Shown: positions 1 through 9,132, counted from the stretch's first letter. The stretch is 64,000 nucleotides of DNA from an uncultured delta proteobacterium (GCA_963767925.1 CAVYGB010000006.1:192001-256000); one strand, 5' to 3'. Notes: generated by a model from the sequence alone, not told the origin. Numbers and translations: made by a program.

Positions 1-2
1 AG

Positions 3-248
3 ATCGAGGGGGACGGCCCCCTCGTGGTCCTCCGGGTCCACAATCAGGGCCCCCCGATCCCGCCGGAGGTCTTGCCCCACGTCTTCGATCCGTTTCGCCG
101 GCCCCGGGGCTCGCCCCGGGCCGGCCACCTCGGCCTGGGCCTGTTCCTGGTGCGCGAGATCGTCGATGCCCACGGGGGCACGGTCCAGGTCTCCTCGTCC
201 GCCGCCGAGGGCACCACCTTCACGGTGCACCTGCCCCGGGGCGGCTGA
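3..248 (+). CDS. C-terminal HATPase domain of a sensor histidine kinase (5'-truncated by the window)
   Basis: VHNQGPPIP...VFDPF...GLGLGLFLVREIVDAHGG..GTTF are G1/F/G2 boxes; the frame is open from position 3. Confidence 0.9.
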   Translation: MEGDGPLVVLRVHNQGPPIPPEVLPHVFDPFRRPRGSPRAGHLGLGLFLVREIVDAHGGTVQVSSSAAEGTTFTVHLPRGG

Positions 249-283
249 GCCGGGCCCCGGGCAGCGCCTGCCTCACGGCGCAA

Positions 284-304
284 GGCAGCCCGTTGACGGG
301 CTGC
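284..304. repeat. 21-bp palindromic REP-like element, copy 1
   Basis: GGCAGCCCGTTGACGGGCTGC, identical at 5045-5065; lies between convergent genes. Confidence 0.7.
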
Positions 305-1257
305 TAGGGCGAAAACGCCGGCCCGCAGGTGGAGCTGGGTCCGCTGGTGGCGATCTCGGCGCAGAGATCGTCCCAGCCGCCCACCCCCGCCTCGGGGTCG
401 AGCGGGAAGTCGCGGCAGTCGGCGCTCGGGTTCCAGGTGCCGTCGGCGTCGTGGCAGGGCGTGATGTCGATGCCCGACGTCTCCTCGAGCCAGGGGACGA
501 AGGGGTGGATCAGCGTGTAGATGCTCTCGCCGTTGCAAAACAGCGCCCCCCGGCTTGTGGCCCCGAAGACCCGCCAGGTCCCGTCGGCGAGCTGGACGTA
601 GGCTGGTCCGCCCGAGTCGCCGTAGCAGGAGCCCCGCCGGCTGTTGCCGAGGTAGATGTCGACCCCGTCGGTGCGCACGACGCCGACGTCCACCTTGAAC
701 TTGACCCCCGCCCGGAAGTCCCAGAAGGCCCGCTGGCCGTAGCCGACAAGCACGGCCGGCTGCCCGGCCGTGAGGATGTCGGTCTCGCAGCCGTAGAGGA
801 CCGGCGTGATCGCCATGTCCACCGGCTCGGCGAGGATGCAAAAGCCGAAGTCGCCAACCAGTCCGCCCGACGACGCCCCGAAGCACTGCTCGACCGGGAC
901 GGTCTTGACCACGCCGGCGCCGCTCCAGCGCTCGCCGAAGGTGATCTCGGTGGGGCCGCCTTCGGCCAGGCAATGTTCGGCGGTGGTGACGATGCGCGGG
1001 TGGACGAGCGTGCTCGTGCAGTTGCCCGCGCCGACCGTTGTCGGCCACTGGCAGGTGGTGGCCGGGCTGCCGCCGATGATGGGCTGGCTGACCGCCTCGA
1101 CCTCCTCTTGCCGTTCGGGCGGGGCCGCCTCGGGCGTGGCGCAGCCCAGCGCCAGCAGGGCGGGCAGCACCAGGCGCGCGGCCAGCCGCGAGACCCGACC
1201 CGGGTCTCCCACCCGCCCCCCGCACCCTGGACCTGGTGGACCGCTCGCCGGCTGCAT
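304..1257 (-). CDS. Trypsin-like (S1) serine protease, predicted lipoprotein
   Basis: Lipobox LALGC, mature IIGG, TAEHC, GDFG, GSCYGDSGGP; true start may be the GTG at 1212. Confidence 0.9.
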   Translation of the reverse strand: MQPASGPPGPGCGGRVGDPGRVSRLAARLVLPALLALGCATPEAAPPERQEEVEAVSQPIIGGSPATTCQWPTTVGAGNCTSTLVHPRIVTTAEHCLAEGGPTEITFGERWSGAGVVKTVPVEQCFGASSGGLVGDFGFCILAEPVDMAITPVLYGCETDILTAGQPAVLVGYGQRAFWDFRAGVKFKVDVGVVRTDGVDIYLGNSRRGSCYGDSGGPAYVQLADGTWRVFGATSRGALFCNGESIYTLIHPFVPWLEETSGIDITPCHDADGTWNPSADCRDFPLDPEAGVGGWDDLCAEIATSGPSSTCGPAFSP

Positions 1258-1419
1258 GATCTGGACCTCCTGTGTGGGCGTTTGGCCGCGGACGTATCGC
1301 TCCCGCGCGCGGTGCCTCCATTGAAGACCAACTGGCCCCCGGGATCAAACCTCGCCCGCGCCGGTTCCGGTCCCAACCCCCTTGCCGCCGGGCCCGACCG
1401 GCGCCGGCCAACGAAAAGG

Positions 1420-1447
1420 TTAGTTGCTAAGAACTAATTCATTAGTT
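1420..1447. promoter_or_regulatory. Candidate operator for the BlaI-family repressor
   Basis: AT-rich island containing AACTAAT-TC-ATTAGTT (1432-1447) and TTAG-TTG-CTAA (1420-1430), 12 bp before the repressor ATG. Confidence 0.6.
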
Positions 1448-1459
1448 ACTCTGGTTGCC

Positions 1460-1864
1460 ATGGTCCCGCGCAAGGCCCGCCGGCCGGAGAAGCTGCTCAC
1501 CGAGGTCGAGCTCGAGCTGATGAACATCCTGTGGCGGCTGGACGGCGGCACCGTCTCCGACGTGCTGGCCCACCTGCCGCCCGAGCGTCCGCTGGCCTAC
1601 ACCTCCGTCTCCACCATCCTGCGCATCCTCGAGCAGAAGGAGGTGGTGGCGAGCGAGAAGCTCGGCCGCGGCCACCGCTACCGGCCGCAGGTCGCCCGGG
1701 AGGTGTACGAGGCCTACGCCCTCGAGCACGTGGTGGGGCGGGTGTTCGGGGGCGAGCCCCTGGCCCTGGTCCGCCGCCTCGTCGACAGCGCCGGCCTGAG
1801 CAAGAAGGACCTCGCCGAGCTCAAGCTCCTGCTCGACCAGAAAGAACGGGAGCCGCGCCGGTGA
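1460..1864 (+). CDS. BlaI/MecI/CopY family transcriptional repressor
   Basis: LTEVELELMNILW...LAYTSVSTILRILEQK...GRGHRYRP...VFGG pattern; stop overlaps the next start (GTGA). Confidence 0.92.
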   Translation: MVPRKARRPEKLLTEVELELMNILWRLDGGTVSDVLAHLPPERPLAYTSVSTILRILEQKEVVASEKLGRGHRYRPQVAREVYEAYALEHVVGRVFGGEPLALVRRLVDSAGLSKKDLAELKLLLDQKEREPRR

Positions 1865-3474
1865 CCGCCCTGCTCGGCCTCTACCTCGAGACGGGCCTGG
1901 TGCTGGCCGCCGGCGGCCTGGCCATGGGCGCGCTGGTGCGCTGGGGCGGCGGCCTGCTCGCGCACGCGCCCCGGCGCTTCGTCCGCGCCAGCCTGCTGCT
2001 GCTCGCGCTCGCCCTGGCGCTCCCCGCGGCCTGGCGGCTGCCGCAGCGGGCGCCCCAGTCGGCGCCGATCGAGGTGTGGGCCAGCGATCGCCCGCCGATC
2101 GGCGTGCCGCCCCGGCCGGTGACCCTGGCCTGGCCCGCGCCCGGCCCGGCCGGCATCCGCCCCGGCCTGCGCCTCGAGCGGGCGGCGCTGATCCCGCTCG
2201 TCGCGCTGCTGGCCCTCGGCGGCGCGATCGCCGGCCTCCGGCTGGCCCGGGCCCGGCGCCGGCTGCGGCGCCAGTGCCAGGCCTTGCCCCTGGTCAAGCG
2301 GCACGGGCGGGTGCGCCTGTGCGCCTCCGACCGGGCCCCGGCGCCCTTCGCGACCCGCGCCGGCGGCGTCGCCTACATCGTCGTGCCGACGGCCCTGCTG
2401 GCCGACGGCGCCCGCCTGCGCCTCGTCATCGACCACGAGGGCGAGCACCTGCGCCGGGGCGACCTGCTGTCGGCCAGGCTGCTCGGCCTGCTCCGGGTGC
2501 TGTTCTTCTGGAACCCCGGGCTGGCCCTCTGGGAGCGGGCCCTCGCCGAGCTGCAGGACCTGGCCTGCGACCGCCGCGTGCTCGAGCGCCGCCCGGTCAG
2601 CGCCCTCGAATACGGCCGCTGCCTGCTGTGGGCCGCGGAGACCGCCGGCGGCGCCCGTTACCTGCTGCCCGGCGCCCGGGCCATGGCCGCATCCGAAGCA
2701 CCCACCCTGCGAAGGAGGATCCTCATGCTCACCCAGCTCACCCGCCTGCCCGGCCGCCCGGCCGGGCCCATCCGCGCCGCGCTCGTCGCCCTCGTCACCC
2801 TCGGCGCCGCCGCCCTGCTGCTCGGCACCTCCTGGGCCGTGCAGGGCTCGCTCGCCGAGCGCAAGCTGACCCTCGAGGAGCTGGCCGCCCTCGCCGCCCG
2901 CGTCGAGGCCCGCTCGGGCTTCCCCCTCCTCGTCGACGGGCGCGTGGCCGAGGCGGTCACCCGCCGCATCGCCAGCCCCGAGGCCCGGGACACGACCCGC
3001 CGGGCCCTCGCGCGCATGCGCCACTACCGGCCGATGATCGAGGACGTGCTCCGCCGCCGGGGCTTGCCGGTCGAGCTGCTCGGCATGGCGTTGGCGGAGT
3101 CGGGCTTCGACAACGAGGCCCGCCCCAACCGCCCGCCCGAGCGGCAGGCGGCCGGCATCTGGCAGTTCATACCCGGCTCCGCCCGCCGGCTGGGGCTGGA
3201 GGTCTCTCCCATCTCCGACGAGCGGCTCGAGCCCCGCCGGGCCACCGAGGCCGCCGCCATGATGCTGCTCGAGCTACACCGGCAGCTCGCCGACTGGCCG
3301 CTGGCCATCGCCGCCTACAACGGCGGCCGGCGGGTCGTCCAGGGGCTGACCGAGGGCGCCGCCATCCCCGAGGCCCGGGCCCGGGTGATGGCCAGCCCCA
3401 CCGAATTTGGCCACTACCTGCCCTCGGTGATGGCGGCCATCGTGCTGATCGAGAACCCCGCCCTGGCCGACTGA
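1861..3474 (+). CDS. BlaR1-type M56 metallopeptidase fused to an SLT/MltD-like lytic transglycosylase domain
   Basis: N-terminal TM segments, HEGEHLRRGD, FFWNP, DLACD, LRRRI (M56); C-terminal LAESG, AAGIWQFIPGSARRLGL, DERL, LAIAAYNGG (SLT). Confidence 0.88.
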   Translation: MTALLGLYLETGLVLAAGGLAMGALVRWGGGLLAHAPRRFVRASLLLLALALALPAAWRLPQRAPQSAPIEVWASDRPPIGVPPRPVTLAWPAPGPAGIRPGLRLERAALIPLVALLALGGAIAGLRLARARRRLRRQCQALPLVKRHGRVRLCASDRAPAPFATRAGGVAYIVVPTALLADGARLRLVIDHEGEHLRRGDLLSARLLGLLRVLFFWNPGLALWERALAELQDLACDRRVLERRPVSALEYGRCLLWAAETAGGARYLLPGARAMAASEAPTLRRRILMLTQLTRLPGRPAGPIRAALVALVTLGAAALLLGTSWAVQGSLAERKLTLEELAALAARVEARSGFPLLVDGRVAEAVTRRIASPEARDTTRRALARMRHYRPMIEDVLRRRGLPVELLGMALAESGFDNEARPNRPPERQAAGIWQFIPGSARRLGLEVSPISDERLEPRRATEAAAMMLLELHRQLADWPLAIAAYNGGRRVVQGLTEGAAIPEARARVMASPTEFGHYLPSVMAAIVLIENPALAD

Positions 3475-3496
3475 GCGACCGGGGCTGGCCTGGCGG

Positions 3497-4168
3497 TCAG
3501 CGGGCCAGCTCCTGGTCGATGAGAGCCTTGAGCGATTCGTAGCCCAGATTCTCGAGGCGCTTGCCGTTGACGAAGAAGGCCGGGGTGCCGGTGACGCCGA
3601 GGCTGGCCGCGTCCTTGCGGTCGATCTCCACCACCTTGCCGGAGGCCCCGCTGGCCACCGAGCGGCGGAAGGCCTCCATGTCGAGGCCGACCTGCTCGGC
3701 CAGCCCCGGGATCAGCTCGGGCCGGGGGGCGTGGTGGTCCCCCCAGCGCGGCTGGTGCAGGAACAACGTCTCGAGCATCTCCCAGTATTTTCCCTGCTCC
3801 CCGGCCGCCTCGAGGGCGGCGACCGCCACCGTCGAGTTGGGGTGCAGCGGCAGGTAGCGCACCACCAGCCGCAGGCGGTTGCCGTATTCGGTGAGCAGGT
3901 GCTTGACCACCGGGTAGACCGCCCGGCACGACTCGCACTCCGGATCGAGGAACTCGACAAGGGTCACCTTGGCGTCCTTGGGACCCAGGCTGCGGCTGTG
4001 CGGGCGCACCAGGGCCGAGTCGTCGCCGGCGGGGGCGCTGGCGAGCTGGGCGGCCACCTTGGCCTCCTGCTCCTGCTTCTGCGAGCGGGTGTAAAAGGCC
4101 GCCGCCACCACCAGCACCGTCACGAGGACGGCGGCGATACCGGCCAGTCGGATCACGTCTTTTTTCAT
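3497..4168 (-). CDS. dsbA: Membrane-anchored DsbA/BdbD-family thiol-disulfide oxidoreductase
   Basis: EFLDPECESC, GVTGTPAFFVNG; N-terminal TM; ATG 4168 overlaps the upstream stop. Confidence 0.88.
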   Translation of the reverse strand: MKKDVIRLAGIAAVLVTVLVVAAAFYTRSQKQEQEAKVAAQLASAPAGDDSALVRPHSRSLGPKDAKVTLVEFLDPECESCRAVYPVVKHLLTEYGNRLRLVVRYLPLHPNSTVAVAALEAAGEQGKYWEMLETLFLHQPRWGDHHAPRPELIPGLAEQVGLDMEAFRRSVASGASGKVVEIDRKDAASLGVTGTPAFFVNGKRLENLGYESLKALIDQELAR

Positions 4169-4626
4169 GCGACCACGCTTGCTTGGGTTTTTCGCAGGGC
4201 TCTTCGGTGCAACAGCAGGGTCCCCAGCAGCCCCACGAACGCGGCGAGCGCCATCAAGGGGATGCTGATGAAGCCCAGCCAGTCGATCTGGCGCGAGCTG
4301 CAGGGAACGCCCGCCGTGCAGGGGCTCAAGCTCTCGGGAATGACCCCGTAATAGAGGAGGTTGTGATAGACGGCCAGCCCCAGCCCCGCCAGCACCAGCG
4401 GCAGGGCGTAGGCCACCAGCTTCCCGTCGCGCAGCACGATCCCAACCGCGATGACGGCGGTCAGCGGATAGAGGCAGATGCGCTGGTACCAGCACAGCGA
4501 GCAGGGCGGCAGCTTCATGACCTCCCCGAAGAACAGGCTGACGAGGGTGGCCGAGAGGGCGATGAACCAGGCCGCGTAAGCGAACCGGTAGGGCGCGGCG
4601 GCGGCGGGCGGGGCAGCGGGGGTCAT
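4165..4626 (-). CDS. dsbB: Disulfide bond formation protein, DsbB/BdbC family
   Basis: PCSLCWYQRICLYP, second Cys pair PCTAGVPC, four TM segments. Confidence 0.9.
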   Translation of the reverse strand: MTPAAPPAAAAPYRFAYAAWFIALSATLVSLFFGEVMKLPPCSLCWYQRICLYPLTAVIAVGIVLRDGKLVAYALPLVLAGLGLAVYHNLLYYGVIPESLSPCTAGVPCSSRQIDWLGFISIPLMALAAFVGLLGTLLLHRRALRKTQASVVA

Positions 4627-4694
4627 CTGTCGGCCTCCGTCGTACCACAAGGATCGACCCCGAGCGACCGGCATGCGCTACCATTCCCGGCGCC

Positions 4695-4961
4695 GTGTGG
4701 AAGCGAATCCTCCCCATCGTCGTCGTCCTCGGAGTGGTGGGCTTGATGGTTTACACCCTCATCAAGGAGGGCGCGACCGAGTGCCGCGTGTGCATGAGCT
4801 TCAACGGCCGCCGCCAATGCGCCACCGCCCGCGGCCCGGGCGAGGAGCAAGCCCGCACCGAGGCCCAGAACACCGCCTGCTCCCGCATCGCCCGGGGCAT
4901 GCAGGACTCGACCGCCTGCACCAACTCCGACCCCATCGAGGTGGCCTGCCGCGTCCGCTAG
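4695..4961 (+). CDS. Small membrane-anchored six-Cys hypothetical protein
   Basis: N-terminal TM helix followed by 6 Cys; GC-rich third codon positions; divergent from dsbB. Confidence 0.7.
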   Translation: MWKRILPIVVVLGVVGLMVYTLIKEGATECRVCMSFNGRRQCATARGPGEEQARTEAQNTACSRIARGMQDSTACTNSDPIEVACRVR

Positions 4962-5044
4962 CGGCGCTAAAAGCCGAGACATTACGGAGTGCTACTCAGG
5001 GCGGCGGGGGCGACCCGCCGCTTCGCCGCGCGGCTCCAGACCCT

Positions 5045-5065
5045 GGCAGCCCGTTGACGGGCTGC
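5045..5065. repeat. 21-bp palindromic REP-like element, copy 2
   Basis: Identical to 284-304. Confidence 0.7.
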
Positions 5066-5217
5066 AAGGGTGCCAGGGTGGGACATCGCGCACGCTTCGG
5101 CATGCTGCACCATTTGTGGTATTTCGTCGCAGCTACGGCAAGATCTCTCGCCGAGGCTCGAGTCTGGTTCGGCAGACCGCCGTCGGATGGCTGGTTCGAT
5201 CCCAAGCGAGGAGCGCG

Positions 5218-7602
5218 ATGGTTGGTACTTGGTCTAGCTTGCGTCGGGGAACCTCGAGCATCGTCGCTCGCCACGGCCGTTCTGCCGGAGGTGCGCTGCG
5301 ACGGGCGCGCGCGCTGGCCGGACTGGGTCTGCTGATCGCGCTGGCGCCCGGGCTGGGCTGCAACGAGCGCCGCCAGTTCATCGCCCCCGTCCTCCCCGAC
5401 GCCGACCTCGGCGGCGGCGTGAGCGGGACGCCCGACGCGGGCGAGCCGCCCACGTTCAACCTCCCCGACGGCGGCAGCGGCCCCGACAGCGGCGCCTGCG
5501 TCCCCAACGTCGCGAGCTGCACCGCCGGCGCGTTCCAGTATTGCGGGCGCATCGGCGACGGCTGCGGCCACATCCTGGAGTGCGGGGCCTGTCCCGCCGG
5601 TCAGGTGTGCGGCGGCGGGGGCACGCCCGGACTCTGTGGCGGTGGCGCCGACTGCAAGGCCGCCTCCTGCGACTCGCCTGGCGGGCGCTTCTGCGGCAAG
5701 GTCGGCGACGGCTGCGGCCGCCCGCTCGACTGCGGCGACTGTCCCGGCGGCGCCGTGTGCGGCGGCGGCGGCATCCCCAACCTCTGCGCCGGCGCGGCCG
5801 GCTGTGTCGCGAAGACCTGCGACTCGCCGGGTGGCCGCTTCTGCGGCAACATCGGCGACGGCTGCGGCAAGGTGCTCGACTGCGGCGCCTGCCCCGGCGG
5901 CGGTGTCTGCGGCGGCGCCGGCACCCCCAACCTCTGCGCCGGCGGCCCCGGCTGCACGGCGCTGACCTGCGAGACGGCCGGGGGCCGCTTCTGCGGCAAC
6001 ATCGGCGACGGCTGCGGCAAGATGCTCGATTGCGGCGCCTGCCCCGGCGGCGGCGTCTGCGGCGGCGCCGGCACCCCCAACCTGTGCGCCGGCGCGGCCG
6101 GCTGCACCGCCCTCTCCTGCCAGACGCCGACCGGCAAGTACTGCGGCCAGCTCGGCGACGGCTGCGGCAAGATGATCGACTGCGGCGGCTGCGGCGGCAT
6201 CGACACCTGCGGCGGCTCGGGCATCGCCAGCGTCTGCGGCAACCCGGCCGGCCGCTGCACCAACCTCTGCCTGCGCCAGGCCTTCACCTGCCCGGCCGCC
6301 AGCCCCACCGTCGTGACCGGCACGGTGCTGGCGCCCACCCCGCCCCGCTTCGGGACGCCCGATCCCATCTACAACGCCATCGTCTACGTCCCCAACGCCG
6401 CGGTCGAGCCCTTCCGGCCCGGCATCGCCTGCGACGCCTGCGGCGGGGCCCAGGCCAGCGGGGCCCCGCTGGTCCACGCCCTGACCGGGCCCGACGGCAA
6501 GTTTCGCCTGGAGAACGTCCCCACCGGAGACAACGTGCCGCTCGTGATCCAGCTCGGCCGCTGGCGGCGGCAGGTGGTCATCCCCCGGGTGACGGCGTGC
6601 CAGCCCCTGCAGCTCCCCGCCGAGCTGACCCGGCTGCCCCGCAACAAGGCGGAGGGCGACATCCCCCAGATGGCGCTGTCGACCGGGCGGGTCGACCTGC
6701 TCGAGTGCGTGCTGCGCAAGATGGGCATCGACGAGTCCGAGTTCACCGCCCCCACTGGCAACGGGCGGGTGCACCTGTACCAGAACGCCGACCTGCCGGG
6801 CCACCGCGCGCCCGACGGCAGCGCCACCCCCGAGACCACCTTCACCGGCAGCGTGGCCAACCTGTCTCGCTACGACATGGCGATCTTCGCCTGCGGCGGC
6901 CGGGAGCCGAGCAGCGCCGACCCCCAGCAGGGCAACCTCGTCGAATACACCAACCGGGGCGGCCGGGTCTTCCTCACCCACTACAACTACCGCTTCACCT
7001 TCCAGAACCCGGCCTGGGAGGGCACCGCCGACTGGTCTCCCGCCCCCGCCCCCACCGTCGACAACGAGCCGCTCACCGGCATCCTCGATCAGAGCTTCCC
7101 CAAGGGCGTCGCCTTCGCCCGCTGGCTCGAGCTCGTGGGGGCCCAGAGCGGCCCCGGGGAGATGGAGATCGAGACCCCCCGCCACAGCCTCGACGCGGTG
7201 GTGCCGCCCACCCTGCGCTGGATCCACACCGAGGACCCCGAGACCGTCCAGCACCTGACCTTCAACACGCCGCTGGGGGTGCCCGAGGCCAGCCAGTGCG
7301 GGCGCGTGCTGTTCAGCGACTTCCACGTCACCAACGCCGAGCTGCCCTCTAGCGGCACCCTGCCGGTGTTCCCGAGCGCCTGTTCGGACACGCCCCTCAC
7401 CCCCCAGGAGAAGGTCCTGGAGTTCATGCTCTTCGACCTCGCCTCCTGCATCCAGCCGGTCGTGCCACCGCCGCCGCCGCCCGCGCCGCCGGCGCGCCCG
7501 CCCGCAGCGCCACCCCGCCCGCCCGCGGCGCCGCCGGTTCGCCCGCCGCTGCCGCCGGTCCAGCCCCCCGTCGCCCCGCCCCCGCCGCCGATCATCCCCT
7601 GA
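5218..7602 (+). CDS. Cys-rich repeat lipoprotein with a carboxypeptidase-regulatory-like (Ig) domain and Pro-rich tail
   Basis: GAGGAG RBS; lipobox GLGC; five CGxIGDGCG repeats; GPDGKFRLENVP..VPLVIQLGRWRR domain; EKVLEFMLFDLASC end typical of myxobacterial proteins. Confidence 0.85.
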   Translation: MVGTWSSLRRGTSSIVARHGRSAGGALRRARALAGLGLLIALAPGLGCNERRQFIAPVLPDADLGGGVSGTPDAGEPPTFNLPDGGSGPDSGACVPNVASCTAGAFQYCGRIGDGCGHILECGACPAGQVCGGGGTPGLCGGGADCKAASCDSPGGRFCGKVGDGCGRPLDCGDCPGGAVCGGGGIPNLCAGAAGCVAKTCDSPGGRFCGNIGDGCGKVLDCGACPGGGVCGGAGTPNLCAGGPGCTALTCETAGGRFCGNIGDGCGKMLDCGACPGGGVCGGAGTPNLCAGAAGCTALSCQTPTGKYCGQLGDGCGKMIDCGGCGGIDTCGGSGIASVCGNPAGRCTNLCLRQAFTCPAASPTVVTGTVLAPTPPRFGTPDPIYNAIVYVPNAAVEPFRPGIACDACGGAQASGAPLVHALTGPDGKFRLENVPTGDNVPLVIQLGRWRRQVVIPRVTACQPLQLPAELTRLPRNKAEGDIPQMALSTGRVDLLECVLRKMGIDESEFTAPTGNGRVHLYQNADLPGHRAPDGSATPETTFTGSVANLSRYDMAIFACGGREPSSADPQQGNLVEYTNRGGRVFLTHYNYRFTFQNPAWEGTADWSPAPAPTVDNEPLTGILDQSFPKGVAFARWLELVGAQSGPGEMEIETPRHSLDAVVPPTLRWIHTEDPETVQHLTFNTPLGVPEASQCGRVLFSDFHVTNAELPSSGTLPVFPSACSDTPLTPQEKVLEFMLFDLASCIQPVVPPPPPPAPPARPPAAPPRPPAAPPVRPPLPPVQPPVAPPPPPIIP
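5518..6260 (+). repeat. Five intragenic tandem repeats, 150-bp (50 aa) period
   Basis: The TGCGG(C/G)...GGCGACGGCTGCGGC unit recurs at 5542, 5692, 5842, 5992, 6142. Confidence 0.9.
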
Positions 7603-7734
7603 TAGCGCCGACGACCGGATCGCTCTGTCACGGCGAGTTTACTCGGGACTCTGGGCGGGTCCCGAGCCCGCCGAAAGCGAAATTCAGGCCCCCCTTGCCG
7701 GCCCGGGTGTGCCCGGGCGGTCCATAATCGCGGC

Positions 7735-9129
7735 ATGCGTCCGTCGGCCGCGAGCGCGAGCGCCGATCCCGACCTCCGCGCCGGCGCGCGCGTCGCTCCC
7801 GGCCCGCGCGGCGCCCCCCTGCTCGGCGTCCTGACCGGCTTCCGCGCCGATCCGCTGACCTTCGTGCTGCGGATGGCCCGGGAATACGGGCCCGTGGCCC
7901 GGCTGAAGCTGGGGCCGGTGGAGGCCTACCTCGTCAGCCAGCCGAGCGGGGTCAAGCGGGTGCTGCAGGAGAACAGCGACAACTACGGGCGCCAGACCCG
8001 CGGCTTCCAGGGGCTCCGCCTCACCCTCGGCGACGGGCTGGTGACCAGCGACGGGGCCTTCTGGCGTCGGCAGCGGCGCATCGTGCAGCCCGCCTTTCAC
8101 AAGCAGCGGCTCGCCGCTCTCGGCGCCATCATGACCGGCGCCGCCCTGGAGATCGGCGGCCGGCTGCGGGCCGCGGGTGAGCGGGGCGAGACAATCGACC
8201 TGGTCGGCGAGATCTCGCGCGCCACCCTCGCCATCCTCGGGCGGGCGCTGTTCAGCCTCGACCTCGACGGCGCCGCCGAGGCCGTGGGCCGGGCGGTGGT
8301 GGTGGTCCTGCGCCACACCATCCGCCGGGTGCAGGCCTTCCTGCCGGTGCCCACCGCCATCCCCACCGGGGAGAACCGCCGCTTCGCCGCCGCCCGCAAG
8401 GTGCTCGACCGGGTGGTGCTGCAGACCATCGCCGAGCGCCGGCGCGACGGCGTCGACCGGGGCGACCTGCTGTCGATGTTGCTCGCCACCCGCGACGAGG
8501 AGACCGGCGAGGGCATGACCGACCAGCAGCTCCGCGACGAGGTGATGACGCTGATGCTTGCCGGCCACGAGACAACCGCGATGACCCTGTGCTGGACCTG
8601 TTACCTGCTCTCGCGCCACCCCGACGTGCGCCGCAAGGTGCAGGCGGAGGTGGATCGCGTGCTGGGCGGGCGCCCCGCCACCGCCGACGATCTCCCCGGG
8701 CTGATCTTCACCCGCATGGCGATCGAGGAGTGCATGCGCCTCTATCCCCCGGCCTGGGCGGTGACCCGCTCGGTGGTGGCCGACGACGAGGTCGACGGCT
8801 TTGTCATCCCGGCGGGCAGCATGGCGATGGTGAGCGCCTACGTCACCCAGCGCGATCCCACCCTCTGGGAGAACCCGGAGGGCTTCGACCCCGAGCGCTT
8901 CGATCCCGCCCGCGCCGCCAGCCGCCCCCGCTACGCCTATTTCCCCTTCGGCGGCGGCCCCCACCTCTGCATCGGCGCCGGGTTCGCCATGATGGAGGCC
9001 CAGATCCTGCTGGCCACCTTGACCCAGCAGCTCCAGCTCGACCTGGCCCCCGGCCACCCGGTCGAGATCGAGCCCCTCATCACCCTCCGCCCACGCCACG
9101 GCCTGTTCATGACCGTCCGCCCCCGCTGA
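7735..9129 (+). CDS. Cytochrome P450
   Basis: LAGHETT, EECMR (ExxR), DPERF, FGGGPHLCIG; CATAAT 6 nt before the ATG suggests a leaderless transcript. Confidence 0.96.
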   Translation: MRPSAASASADPDLRAGARVAPGPRGAPLLGVLTGFRADPLTFVLRMAREYGPVARLKLGPVEAYLVSQPSGVKRVLQENSDNYGRQTRGFQGLRLTLGDGLVTSDGAFWRRQRRIVQPAFHKQRLAALGAIMTGAALEIGGRLRAAGERGETIDLVGEISRATLAILGRALFSLDLDGAAEAVGRAVVVVLRHTIRRVQAFLPVPTAIPTGENRRFAAARKVLDRVVLQTIAERRRDGVDRGDLLSMLLATRDEETGEGMTDQQLRDEVMTLMLAGHETTAMTLCWTCYLLSRHPDVRRKVQAEVDRVLGGRPATADDLPGLIFTRMAIEECMRLYPPAWAVTRSVVADDEVDGFVIPAGSMAMVSAYVTQRDPTLWENPEGFDPERFDPARAASRPRYAYFPFGGGPHLCIGAGFAMMEAQILLATLTQQLQLDLAPGHPVEIEPLITLRPRHGLFMTVRPR

Positions 9130-9132
9130 TCG

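Noticed and set aside
3497..4717. Possible DsbB-DsbA fusion (406-aa ORF)
   Set aside because: DsbB is in a different frame; the two genes only overlap at ATGA
5518..6260. Regularly spaced repeats as a possible CRISPR array (also 21183-21254 and 30650-31215)
   Set aside because: Periods are multiples of 3, the units lie in coding frames, there are no unique spacers and no cas genes
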